64,000 nucleotides of DNA from a virus. Location of the stretch: the IMG/VR virus record IMGVR_UViG_3300028025_003904, positions 1 through 64,000 of that record; one strand, given 5' to 3'. The translations under genes and the position numbers were made by a program. The notes under the pieces were generated by a model. It saw nothing but the letters and a program-made list of their open reading frames with translations, made no database searches and was not told where the DNA came from. Shown here in pieces: positions 1 through 9,115 of this stretch. Within the stretch, counting starts at the first letter, position 1, and each line of letters opens with the position of its first letter.

Positions 1-1048
1 TTTTTAAATATAATTCTTTTATTTTATTATCAGTTGATAATACAAACCCATCTTCCATAACATATTGCGTTACCAAATGTGCAACCATAAATGTCTGTAA
101 ACTAACTTTATCTTTATCTTTAAAGAGATTAAAAAACGGGTGTAATCTATCATCACTAGCTGTAAAATTCTGTAGCTTTACAGATGAAAATCTTTTTAAC
201 CATTTATTTGAAGGTCTAGTATCAGCATGCAATAATTGTGGAATTGTTTTACTTGAAGATGTATTTTGTTGTTTATAGTAAATGTGACACTCATCTTCAT
301 TATACATAGATAATACTATTAAATCAATTGTAGATTTATAATATCTGTTTAAAACATCATCGGTAGTAACAGGTAAAGAATTAGTATGTGTATATTTATT
401 TGCTTCTTTTACAATATCAGATAAAGTCATATCATTGACACATATAAAATTTACAAATTCACCAGAAGCTATTTCTCTTTTTATCTTATTATTACTAAAT
501 GTTAGTTTATATTCATCTGATTTCAATTTAACACCACCTATGATAAAACCAATAATACCTACAATTCTGTGCTCAAAATCGGTTGTTTCTAAAACAGGTT
601 CACTATTAGGATATAACACCAAATTTACAGTAGCTGGATTTCTCCAATCAGACCCCATTTCGGTTCTACCCCATTGCCATCCAGCATGATACCCAGCGTT
701 TTCTACATGAAAATCGGCATATTGTTTTGGGTCTTGTCCAGTTGATGGTGGTGAAATTATTCTATCATTTTTCCAAAAATTATATAATAATTCAGCAGTA
801 ACAGGTACATTAATTGAATTATGAACCTGATTACGCTTTAATGAAAAAGGATTTTGTTTAAACGTATCACCAACAAATTGTTCAAATTCATTTAGAACTC
901 TTTCTTTTTGAGATTGAAACTGATTTTGATACTCTGAATATACTTCTTTTGTTAGCCATTCCGGTGTAGGTGATTCAATTAACTTTTTAAGTTCTCTTTT
1001 TATGCTGCTAACTTTTGCATTTTTATTCTGTTTGCCTTTTTTTCCCAT
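1..1048 (-). CDS. Hypothetical protein, divergent DUF262/ParB-like (GmrS-type) domain; runs off the window edge
   Basis: Manually translated open frame from ATG at 1048 (MGKKGKQNKNAK...) to base 1 with no stop; missed by ORF track. ETTDFEHRIVGI and YYKQQNTSSSKTIPQLLHA resemble the DGQQR and FxxxN motifs of DUF262. Confidence 0.6.
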   Translation of the reverse strand, partial: MGKKGKQNKNAKVSSIKRELKKLIESPTPEWLTKEVYSEYQNQFQSQKERVLNEFEQFVGDTFKQNPFSLKRNQVHNSINVPVTAELLYNFWKNDRIISPPSTGQDPKQYADFHVENAGYHAGWQWGRTEMGSDWRNPATVNLVLYPNSEPVLETTDFEHRIVGIIGFIIGGVKLKSDEYKLTFSNNKIKREIASGEFVNFICVNDMTLSDIVKEANKYTHTNSLPVTTDDVLNRYYKSTIDLIVLSMYNEDECHIYYKQQNTSSSKTIPQLLHADTRPSNKWLKRFSSVKLQNFTASDDRLHPFFNLFKDKDKVSLQTFMVAHLVTQYVMEDGFVLSTDNKIKELYLK

Positions 1049-1096
1049 GTTTTTATGTTTTATAGTTTAAAATTTAAGCTAAAATACAAATAATAT

Positions 1097-1651
1097 TTAA
1101 CAATTCCTAATAAAATCAACAAAATCTTCTAACTTTTTTTCGTTGATTGGTTTATAGTGTGGATTACGCCAGATTGGTTTTGTAGATGAACGTTTTCCAT
1201 CACATAGATAAAACACTTTGTGAATGTTTCCTTCATCCATATAGTATTCGTATGCCTTATCACTCACACTATTCTCTAACGCCAAAATAAAGGTAGTAGG
1301 TTTTGATTGAACACCATTTAGGATTCTACCAAAATCTGAACTAGCCCTTTCCATAAAACATCTATCTAAATATGCTTTACATTCACCAATCTTTACCATA
1401 GTTCCATCTGTATGGTATAGGTGTCTATCTACCTGAAACTTTAAGGAATAACCACTTTTACTCACCGATTCAATAAAATCGTTCTTCTTTGATTCACCAC
1501 CAATTTCAGTTTTCCAAATCAAATCTAACAATCCTTCTACCACCTCTTTCATAGTGGAACGAACCATACCCATCTCGCCTTTGTTGGCAAAGGATGCTGC
1601 TAATCGGACGTTGTCTTCGTAATACTTAATGTAAGTTTGTAAGTTGCTCAT
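1097..1651 (-). CDS. Putative PD-(D/E)xK restriction-endonuclease-like protein
   Basis: 184 aa ORF with QVDRH...IGECKAYLD (D...ExK pattern). Confidence 0.5.
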   Translation of the reverse strand: MSNLQTYIKYYEDNVRLAASFANKGEMGMVRSTMKEVVEGLLDLIWKTEIGGESKKNDFIESVSKSGYSLKFQVDRHLYHTDGTMVKIGECKAYLDRCFMERASSDFGRILNGVQSKPTTFILALENSVSDKAYEYYMDEGNIHKVFYLCDGKRSSTKPIWRNPHYKPINEKKLEDFVDFIRNC

Positions 1652-1661
1652 AGTTTATGTT

Positions 1662-1826
1662 TTATTTAACCCATTCTTCAAATGCAATCTCATAAGCCAC
1701 CACCGGCTCATATCCTTCTTTAATAAGCGTTTCCGCTGCATCTACCACTTCATCACGCAATCCCCACGCAGATGCTTCTACACAAATCAACTCTATTTGC
1801 TGTAAATCTCCCAATGATAGTTCCAT
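1662..1826 (-). CDS. Small hypothetical protein (54 aa)
   Basis: Manually read MELSLGDLQQIELICVEASAWGLRDEVVDAAETLIKEGYEPVVAYEIAFEEWVK; fills the gap between neighbours exactly. Confidence 0.7.
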   Translation of the reverse strand: MELSLGDLQQIELICVEASAWGLRDEVVDAAETLIKEGYEPVVAYEIAFEEWVK

Positions 1827-1827
1827 A

Positions 1828-2094
1828 TTAATAAGATTTTATGTTTTCGTTGTAAGTTTGATTTTTAGTTTGTGTTTGATGGGAAATCGTTTCACCTTTT
1901 GTTGTGAAGTAGTGAGTACGTCCATTATCATAGAAACGATAAACCTTTATACCATCTTTCTCAAAAAGATATTCTACCTCAAATCCATCATCCTTACCCA
2001 ATCGTTCTTTTGACATTGGTTCATTCATACAAGCTCCGAAAATCATAGCACCTAGTACTATGATAATCGTATAGAATGTTAGTATTCGTTTCAT
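1828..2094 (-). CDS. Small lipoprotein, DUF4884-like
   Basis: Likely start MKRILTF at 2094; hydrophobic leader ending FGAC; VEYLFEKDGIKVYRFYD motif. Confidence 0.6.
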   Translation of the reverse strand: MKRILTFYTIIIVLGAMIFGACMNEPMSKERLGKDDGFEVEYLFEKDGIKVYRFYDNGRTHYFTTKGETISHQTQTKNQTYNENIKSY

Positions 2095-2095
2095 A

Positions 2096-2548
2096 TTACC
2101 AAGAAGATGAATAATAATAATCGGCACTAGTATCAGATAATGCTTCTTCTAAAATCTCAATAGTGTTCTCAATACCATCAAAGTACCATTCATCATATTC
2201 AGTTCCACCAAAGAAGAAACCACTTGCAGTTGGTAATAATTCCTCTGCTAATGAATTATCGTTTAGGATTTTCTTACATATTTCCAACAAATCTTCTAAC
2301 TGACCTTTACTAACACAATATTCTGCACAATTGTCTTCACCATTCTGTACATTCTCAACGAACCATTGGTGGATTTGGTTTTGCTTTCGCCAATAACCTA
2401 CCTCTTCAATAACATAAGTAACACGTTTCGGGTCAATCTTTACAGGTTCACCACCTTTGGTTACTTCTACATTGTACTGCTCTTCTGGTGTTTGATGCGA
2501 CCATTGTCTAACATAGGTACGCTTCTCTAAATACATGTCTAATCCCAT
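2096..2548 (-). CDS. Conserved phage hypothetical protein
   Basis: MGLDMYL...YWRKQNQIHQWF...LLPTASGFFFG...YYSSSW pattern common in phages. Confidence 0.75.
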   Translation of the reverse strand: MGLDMYLEKRTYVRQWSHQTPEEQYNVEVTKGGEPVKIDPKRVTYVIEEVGYWRKQNQIHQWFVENVQNGEDNCAEYCVSKGQLEDLLEICKKILNDNSLAEELLPTASGFFFGGTEYDEWYFDGIENTIEILEEALSDTSADYYYSSSW

Positions 2549-2566
2549 TGTTTTATTTTTTAAAGT

Positions 2567-2806
2567 TTATAAATAATTTTTAATAACTGAAACTACATTT
2601 TCTATTCTATTGTAAAGTACCTTATCTACTTTTGCACCTCTAGCTACTTCAAGTAAATCATCGTAAAGGTAGCCATCAAATAATCCGTATAACATATTCA
2701 TAAGGTCAAAACCAGTATTGAAATCAACCTCTTTTAAAATATCCATAATTTCACCTCGTGTTGTTGAAGTCATATTGGAGTGTCTATCAAATTTTATGTA
2801 ACTCAT
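2567..2806 (-). CDS. Hypothetical protein
   Basis: 79 aa ORF in co-oriented run. Confidence 0.7.
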   Translation of the reverse strand: MSYIKFDRHSNMTSTTRGEIMDILKEVDFNTGFDLMNMLYGLFDGYLYDDLLEVARGAKVDKVLYNRIENVVSVIKNYL

Positions 2807-2825
2807 ATCTTATATGTTTTATATT

Positions 2826-3131
2826 TTATTCTTCACAAACAGTAAACTCAATTGCTGGTCCTAATACAATACCACCACTAACACCCATCCAATTGTAAGA
2901 TGGTTCTAAAATCTCACGCACTTTCTCTCTATCAAATGAATCGAATTGAATTTCATGTTCATGTGGTTCGGTCAGATACTCACCGATTGCTGCCTCAATA
3001 TCCTCTGTGGATGCGATGCGATACTCACCATACTCTTCATTGTAGAAATCATTACAATACTCAATAAATTCTTTAAGGTCTGATAGAAAACTCACTGCTT
3101 TCATCATCGGAATTGGGGCTTCATTCATCAT
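2826..3131 (-). CDS. Hypothetical protein
   Basis: 101 aa acidic ORF directly downstream of a promoter cassette. Confidence 0.7.
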   Translation of the reverse strand: MMNEAPIPMMKAVSFLSDLKEFIEYCNDFYNEEYGEYRIASTEDIEAAIGEYLTEPHEHEIQFDSFDREKVREILEPSYNWMGVSGGIVLGPAIEFTVCEE

Positions 3132-3531
3132 ATCTTTATTGTTTTATGTTTAACTTTTATTACTCTATAAAGGTAAGTAAAATAAATGAGAAAGTCAAGT
3201 CTTTTCTCAAATATTTTTTAATTATTTTAACCGATACATAAATAAATATCCACAATCCTCATCGTAATCTGCATCTTCTACCACCTCATTCATACCACCG
3301 ATAATGGCCTGTAATTTAGCCACATCAACGCTTCTCCAATAACCAAATCGGAAAAACACATCATAACTACCACCAAAAACTTGTTTGATTTCAAAATCAC
3401 CAAACTCCAATTCAATTTCTTTTAATGTTGAAATACTCAATCCGTTTCTCATATCTTTATTGTTTTATGTTTAACTTTTATTACATAGTAAAGGTAAGCA
3501 TAATAAATGAGAAAGTCAAGCGTTTCTCAAA
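3132..3531 (-). repeat. Two ~79-bp direct repeats (3132-3211, 3453-3531), each a promoter plus A-rich leader, flanking ORF 3222-3452
   Basis: Minus strand TTGACTTTCTCATTTATT.T.CTTACCTTTA...TAATAAAAGTTAAACATAAAACAATAAAGAT-ATG in both; related copies at ~38784-38846, 39184-39250 and 39750-39804. Confidence 0.8.
3222..3452 (-). CDS. Hypothetical protein
   Basis: 76 aa ORF between two promoter repeats. Confidence 0.7.
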   Translation of the reverse strand: MRNGLSISTLKEIELEFGDFEIKQVFGGSYDVFFRFGYWRSVDVAKLQAIIGGMNEVVEDADYDEDCGYLFMYRLK

Positions 3532-3570
3532 ATTTATTTTTAATATATTTATATATACATTGGAGGTTAT

Positions 3571-3729
3571 ATGAAAACATTTTTCACAAAAGCATTAGTT
3601 TATTCAATTGGAACAATTGTAGTTTCAGCTGCGGTATTTAGTATTACTATGGCAGGGTTAAACCTTGCTGGTCAAACTGATATTACCAAACAAGTTATTG
3701 AAGAAATGGATGATGTTTTAGGAATCTAA
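3571..3729 (+). CDS. Small single-TM membrane protein (52 aa); only credible plus-strand gene
   Basis: ATATTTATA motif, GGAGG SD, then MKTFFTKALVYSIGTIVVSAAVFSITMAGLNLAGQTDITKQVIEEMDDVLGI; stop overlaps the convergent gene's stop. Confidence 0.7.
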   Translation: MKTFFTKALVYSIGTIVVSAAVFSITMAGLNLAGQTDITKQVIEEMDDVLGI

Positions 3730-5321
3730 AGCATTAATCTAGAACCTATTAAGAAATTACTTAATATCGGTGCTCCTGAAGCAGTTGATGTGTTTATCTT
3801 ATAGTTGAAACTCAAACCAAACTTACGGCTAATCTTATAATCTACCGATGTTCCTAATAGGAATCCAACATTAGTAGAATAAGTAACTTCACCCTTTGAT
3901 GTGTTGAAACTTGCACCAGGTGTCATTACGAATACTTGTGGTGATAAAGTAAGTTTCTTTGATTTCTGATATGGTTTAGTCCAAAACACAACTGCTGAAC
4001 TACTCATACTATAATCACTTCCAATAAATAGATTTACCAAACCTAAATTGTAACCATATACACCATACTTTGGATTTGGTATAATATGTGTAAAACCAGC
4101 CAATGCCATATAGTTACCAGATAGGTATGCAGTAGTTACTGAATAGGAGTTCATAGAAACCATCTTACCACCCTTCATATTCATTTTAGTTATACCACCA
4201 CTCAAAGCAAATTGCTTTAATGTAGACCATACCATAGAGTTTAGAGAATAAGTTACATTACCTGCTGCCGATGAACGTGATATACCATTAGTAAGTATGG
4301 CTGCGAACTCACCCGGCGAACCTTCTGCTACCGTCAAATCAGATGCAATTAGTAATGGGTTTATGTTTTGTGCCTTTTGTTTTTTATCTTCTTTCTTTTC
4401 TTCCTTCTTCTCTTCTTTTTTCTCCTCTTTCTTTTCTTCCTTTTTAGATTCTTCTTTCTTTTCTTCTTTTTTAGATTCGGATTTAGTTTCTTCTTTCTTT
4501 TCCTCACTCTTACTTTCAGATTTGGATTCTGATTTGGATTCGGATTTCGTTTCAGATTTTGTTTCAGCCTTCGCTTCTGTTTTACTTTCAGAAGATGAAG
4601 ATGAACTATTGGATGATGAACTGCTACTACCTCCACTTGATGAAGATGATGAACCACCACTTGCAGGTGCCGATGAAGCAGGTGCAGATGAAGATGGAGC
4701 CGGAGCGGATGTTGTTGGTGGTGGAGGTGGAACTGCCGCCGATGCCGCACCACTAGCCGCACCACTAGCCGCACCACTAGCTGCCGATGAAGCTGCTCCA
4801 CTTGCTGCTCCACTTGCCGCTGAACTAGCTGCTCCACTCGCTGCATTTGATGCCGCTGAACTAGCCGCTGATGATGCCGCTGAACTAGCTGCACTACTTG
4901 CTGCAGAACTTGCCGCAGAACTTGCAGCAGATGCGGCTGCTGAACTTGCGGCTTGTGCTGCCGCAGCAGATGCTGCTTGGGTGGCGGCTTGTTGAGCCGC
5001 TTGTTGAACTGCTTGGTTTACTGTTTGTTGAACTGTTTGTTGAACTACTTGATTTGTTTCACACCCTTTTGATGAATATGCAGTATAAACTATTTGTAAC
5101 CACATTTGCATTGCACCACTTTGAACTTCTTCTGGTGAAAATACTTTCATTTGGTCATAGAATGATACAAATGCTTGTCCATTGACGTAAGTAGTAGTGG
5201 CGATTTTTACTTCACCACTACACTTATCTACAAATGTTTGTGTAAATGTTGTTTGTCCGTTAGCTTTGGAAGCTAGACAAAATATGAATAATACACTTAA
5301 TAGTATTCTTAAATTTTTCAA
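3726..5321 (-). CDS. Secreted protein with Ala/Ser and Glu/Lys low-complexity linker and probable C-terminal outer-membrane beta-barrel
   Basis: TTG start, signal peptide (ANG|Q), AASS/AASG and KKEE repeats, alternating hydrophobic beta-strands ending FLIGSRLML. Confidence 0.65.
   Translation of the reverse strand: MKNLRILLSVLFIFCLASKANGQTTFTQTFVDKCSGEVKIATTTYVNGQAFVSFYDQMKVFSPEEVQSGAMQMWLQIVYTAYSSKGCETNQVVQQTVQQTVNQAVQQAAQQAATQAASAAAAQAASSAAASAASSAASSAASSAASSAASSAASSAASNAASGAASSAASGAASGAASSAASGAASGAASGAASAAVPPPPPTTSAPAPSSSAPASSAPASGGSSSSSSGGSSSSSSNSSSSSSESKTEAKAETKSETKSESKSESKSESKSEEKKEETKSESKKEEKKEESKKEEKKEEKKEEKKEEKKEDKKQKAQNINPLLIASDLTVAEGSPGEFAAILTNGISRSSAAGNVTYSLNSMVWSTLKQFALSGGITKMNMKGGKMVSMNSYSVTTAYLSGNYMALAGFTHIIPNPKYGVYGYNLGLVNLFIGSDYSMSSSAVVFWTKPYQKSKKLTLSPQVFVMTPGASFNTSKGEVTYSTNVGFLLGTSVDYKISRKFGLSFNYKINTSTASGAPILSNFLIGSRLML
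4385..4965 (-). repeat. Degenerate 12-bp coding tandem repeats (KKEE, SESK, AASS/AASG)
   Basis: For example gccgcaccacta repeated at ~4743-4778; visible in the translation. Confidence 0.8.
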
Positions 5322-5355
5322 TCATTATGATATTTGCTACTTATATAAATATCAT

Positions 5356-6552
5356 TTAATTTCCTTTTGTTGGGAATTTTGTCCAATCATTTGTCCAAGT
5401 TGGTTTATCCATTGTAGGTACTACTACATCTATTTCTTTATTAGTTTTTGAAAGTGCAAGAGTTTTCAATTGGTCATTTGTTAGGATTGTAGTTGCTTTA
5501 CTAATAAAGTTTAGTGTTGGGTTAAATGTTCCTACTGAATTGTTTTCAAATACTGAAACACCATCTTTCACAAATTGTGCAGTTTCGTTACTTTCCAAAC
5601 TCAATCCACCTTTCATCCATCCCCAAATTACACTATTCTTCATTGTGAATTGTGTCCCTCTTCTAAATCTTAAACCTAAATTATGGTTTGATAATGCAGT
5701 AGATGTATTCGGCCCAATCAAAATCATATTATAAAGTTTTGGATGTGTAAATGGAGTTGCAGATGAACCTGTTCCATCGTTATCACATTCTACACCATTT
5801 CCCGCATCACCATTATCTACAAATTGTGGGTCTCTCTTTGCTATACCATTTGTGATTGTTCCAGTATATCCAAAATCAAAATCAAAATCATCATCTGCGG
5901 TTGCGAATGCATATAAGTTTTTAGGTGATACAGTTCCACCAAAGAACTCAAATGCATCATCGTTAGCGTAGATAGTTTGAACATTCTCAATGATTGTTCC
6001 ACTACCAACTCCACCTAATGTTAGTGCGTTGATTTCGGAGTTTGGCATTGCTGCAACACCAGCATATTCAATACGAACATATTTTAAGATACCACTATTA
6101 TCCAAATCGTTAGTACCACCATATGGTCTTCCGATGCCACCTTCGATAGTTGGTTCTGATGTTCTATTGGTTTTTGCTCTACCCAATATTACAATACCAC
6201 CCCAATCACCTGGTGTTCTTTCTCCTGCTGGTCTTCCTGATGTAAACACAATTGGTTTTGATGCAGTTCCCTCTGCTACAATTTGCGCTCCTCTTTCGAT
6301 ACACAATGCACCCTTTTCACTTATATCTGATTTGATTATTGTACCCGGCTGAATGATAAGTTTTGCACCATCGGTTACATATACATACCCTTTTAGTACC
6401 CACTCTTTATCTGATGTAAGAGTTGTAGTTGATGTGATGTTTCCACTCAAAGTTGTTGATGTTGGTACATTGATTGGTGTAACTTCTCCACCTAAATCCT
6501 TTGAACATGCAAACATTGTTAAACTTGCGAATAATACTAATAATTTTTTCAT
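5356..6552 (-). CDS. Bacteroidota-type lipoprotein with right-handed beta-helix, partner of the TonB-dependent receptor
   Basis: Lipobox MFAC; GDWGGIVILG, DDAFEFFGG and DDDFDFDFGY motifs; ATGA overlap with the receptor stop. Confidence 0.75.
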   Translation of the reverse strand: MKKLLVLFASLTMFACSKDLGGEVTPINVPTSTTLSGNITSTTTLTSDKEWVLKGYVYVTDGAKLIIQPGTIIKSDISEKGALCIERGAQIVAEGTASKPIVFTSGRPAGERTPGDWGGIVILGRAKTNRTSEPTIEGGIGRPYGGTNDLDNSGILKYVRIEYAGVAAMPNSEINALTLGGVGSGTIIENVQTIYANDDAFEFFGGTVSPKNLYAFATADDDFDFDFGYTGTITNGIAKRDPQFVDNGDAGNGVECDNDGTGSSATPFTHPKLYNMILIGPNTSTALSNHNLGLRFRRGTQFTMKNSVIWGWMKGGLSLESNETAQFVKDGVSVFENNSVGTFNPTLNFISKATTILTNDQLKTLALSKTNKEIDVVVPTMDKPTWTNDWTKFPTKGN

Positions 6553-9032
6553 AGGTTGTAATTTAGTGTTAGTGAAATTGTTGTTTCGTTGTTTGTTTTA
6601 ATTAAAGTACGATTTGGTTTTTGGTAATATTCAAATGGTTGTCTGAATATATCCGATACTGCTAATTTAATTTCTCCGTTTTTAATTTTACGAAGAATAA
6701 CAATATCAACCACATCACGAGAGTTCTCAAATATATCAGGGTATCCTTGAAATCCTACTGCTGATATTCTATCTCCAACTCTATTGTATGATAAGTTGAA
6801 TGTATTGTTGTTTTTATGTAAGTTCAATCCACCATTTAGTACATAGTTTGATTGTCCTTGCAATTGTCTTTTAACTCCGTTTATATCAACTTCCGAATTG
6901 ATGAATGATGTGTTTGAATATAAATCCAACCAATCATTTAATTTTTTACGAAGTTCAATCTCAACTCCATATACCAATGCTTCGTTTGGATTTTTATATG
7001 TTAGTAATAGATTTGATGGAACTGAACCATCTGCTACAACTTGCTCAATTGGATTAAAGAACTTCTTACCAAAGAAACCAATTGATATGTTCTCACCTGA
7101 TTTAGGATACAATTCAAACTTTATATCTGAATTGAATATATCCGTTTTTTGTAAGTTTGGGTTTCCTAATAGTTGTGCGTTTCTAACAAAATCATAATAT
7201 GCAAAATTAGCTACCTCTCTAAATTCCGGTCTTGCTAATGTTTTACTTACCGATAATCTAATCTTCGTTTTTTCCGATGTTGAATATGTTGCGTTTAACG
7301 ATGGAAGTAAATCCAAATACTCTCTATCTACTGATATTCTCTGTCCACTAAAATCGGATGTTTGAACTTTGAATAAATTGTATTCCGTTCTAAAACCTGT
7401 GTTTAATTTTAGGTTATCAATTTCTTTTTCATACATTACATATCCGTTTGCCAAATCAAAATCGGCAGTATATCTATCGGTGTTGTTTGTAATCTCATTT
7501 AACAAATCAGTTGATTCGTATCTGAATATTCTTGCTTTGAAGTTTCTCAATTTCTTTAAATAACCCACTCCTAAACGAATATCTCCTATGGATTTGTTTA
7601 ATCCCCCATTGAATGAGTTTTCATCCATTACACTCCAAAAACGATAGGTATCTCTCCATGCTATTGAGTAGGGAGTTGATGTGTATAAAGATGATATATA
7701 AGGTGTTACTCTATAATCGGGTTGGTCTCTCAACATAAGATTGTACCCTACATTAAAATCTAATGTTTTAAACTTACCTTCAAATTGTGTGTTGAATACT
7801 AACTTTTGAATTGAGTTAGATGATTTACTATCTACATACTGAACATTATCATAGTTTTCACCAACTCTACTTAAAAATGATTTTTCGTTTTGGTAGTTAG
7901 CAAGTGTTTTCCAACTATAACGATTCTCTCCCAAATACACTATGTTTAATAATCCGTTTAATGATTGTACATTTGAGTAATTTAGGTCTTTATAGTTGTA
8001 TGCTAATTCGGTAGATGATTGGTAATCTATTCTTTCAGTTGTATTAGCAGAGTATGTGTTTCTTGCAGTTGAACTGAATAAGATGTTCCATTTGTTTTTC
8101 ACAACACCAAATGATAAGTTACCATTTAAGTTTGGAATAGATGTTGATGTTTCGGTTTGTGGTGAACCTATTAGTTTAGTGTATGCTCTCCTATCACCTA
8201 ATCCCGCAATTCTATATCCGTTTGTTGATGGAAATGTTGTTGGGAATTGTATAGGGTCTACCAACCTAAAATCCTGTCCTGTTGATAATGAACCCCAGCT
8301 TCCTCCCAATGATATATTAAAGAAATCACCACTAACTTCTTTTGTTGTTATTTGTACCAATCCTCCTGCGAAATCACCAGGTAGGTTTGCTGATGCTCCT
8401 TTGTTGATGATGATATTATCTATTAGTGATGTTGGGATAATATCAAATGAGAATGCTCTTCTATCGGGTTCGGTTGATGGTAAGATTGATTTGTTTAGTA
8501 GAGCCGAGTTGTATCTATCAGCTAAACCTCTAACTAAAACAAACTTATCGTTTTGGATTGTTACACCACTAACTCTTTTAAGTGCATCTCCAACAGTTCT
8601 ATCTGGTGTTTTCTTTATTGATTCGATTGATAAACCATCTGCTACAATGTAAGATGCTTTAAGTGTATTGATAAGTGCAGTTGCAGTTTCTTTCTTTGCT
8701 ACTTGCTTTACTACAACTTCTTGTAATACTTTCGTATCTTCTTCTAACTGAATATCAAGGTTAGTTGTAGTATCAATTGTAATATCTTTAGTGTATTCTT
8801 TGTATCCAACGAAAGATGCTTTGATTGAATACTTTCCTTTTGCTATATTGGTAAATTGATATTTGGATTCAATATCAGATGTTGTTCCTACTTTCTTATT
8901 TGTTGTATTATTGGTAAGCCAAATTGTTACACCTATAAGTTCTTCTTTGTTTGTTTTTACTTTACCTGAAAGGTTTTGAGAGAAAATTTGATGTGAAAGT
9001 AACAGAATTGATAATAAAAATAGTTTCCTCAT
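6549..9032 (-). CDS. TonB-dependent outer-membrane receptor
   Basis: Signal peptide, carboxypeptidase-regulatory-like N-domain, plug (DALKRVSGVT, VRGLADRYN), LARPEFRE and GNPNL barrel motifs, ends LNYNL. Confidence 0.9.
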   Translation of the reverse strand: MRKLFLLSILLLSHQIFSQNLSGKVKTNKEELIGVTIWLTNNTTNKKVGTTSDIESKYQFTNIAKGKYSIKASFVGYKEYTKDITIDTTTNLDIQLEEDTKVLQEVVVKQVAKKETATALINTLKASYIVADGLSIESIKKTPDRTVGDALKRVSGVTIQNDKFVLVRGLADRYNSALLNKSILPSTEPDRRAFSFDIIPTSLIDNIIINKGASANLPGDFAGGLVQITTKEVSGDFFNISLGGSWGSLSTGQDFRLVDPIQFPTTFPSTNGYRIAGLGDRRAYTKLIGSPQTETSTSIPNLNGNLSFGVVKNKWNILFSSTARNTYSANTTERIDYQSSTELAYNYKDLNYSNVQSLNGLLNIVYLGENRYSWKTLANYQNEKSFLSRVGENYDNVQYVDSKSSNSIQKLVFNTQFEGKFKTLDFNVGYNLMLRDQPDYRVTPYISSLYTSTPYSIAWRDTYRFWSVMDENSFNGGLNKSIGDIRLGVGYLKKLRNFKARIFRYESTDLLNEITNNTDRYTADFDLANGYVMYEKEIDNLKLNTGFRTEYNLFKVQTSDFSGQRISVDREYLDLLPSLNATYSTSEKTKIRLSVSKTLARPEFREVANFAYYDFVRNAQLLGNPNLQKTDIFNSDIKFELYPKSGENISIGFFGKKFFNPIEQVVADGSVPSNLLLTYKNPNEALVYGVEIELRKKLNDWLDLYSNTSFINSEVDINGVKRQLQGQSNYVLNGGLNLHKNNNTFNLSYNRVGDRISAVGFQGYPDIFENSRDVVDIVILRKIKNGEIKLAVSDIFRQPFEYYQKPNRTLIKTNNETTISLTLNYNL

Positions 9033-9069
9033 TATTGTTTTTTTAGTTCAACAATAAGTAGGAAACTAT
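9020..9069 (-). promoter_or_regulatory. Hairpin sequestering the receptor start codon, with a TACTTAT late-type promoter in its 5' arm
   Basis: Minus strand ATAGTTTCCT-AC-TTATTGTT-loop-AACAATAA-TG-AGGAAACTAT. Confidence 0.6.
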
Positions 9070-9091
9070 CTCATTAAAATACCATTTCGTA

Positions 9092-9108
9092 TGTTACGAA
9101 ATTGTTAA
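9092..9108 (-). promoter_or_regulatory. Pho-box-like direct repeat upstream of the receptor
   Basis: TTAACA-N5-GTAACA, the 11-bp periodicity typical of PhoB/PhoP (OmpR-family) sites. Confidence 0.45.
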
Positions 9109-9115
9109 ATATATA

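Noticed and set aside
4297-4995. Long plus-strand ORF and other antisense or alternate-frame ORFs (e.g. 4361-4894, 8056-8652, 40630-41160, 52916-53518)
   Set aside because: Shadows of well-supported minus-strand genes or of low-complexity repeats; no independent motifs.
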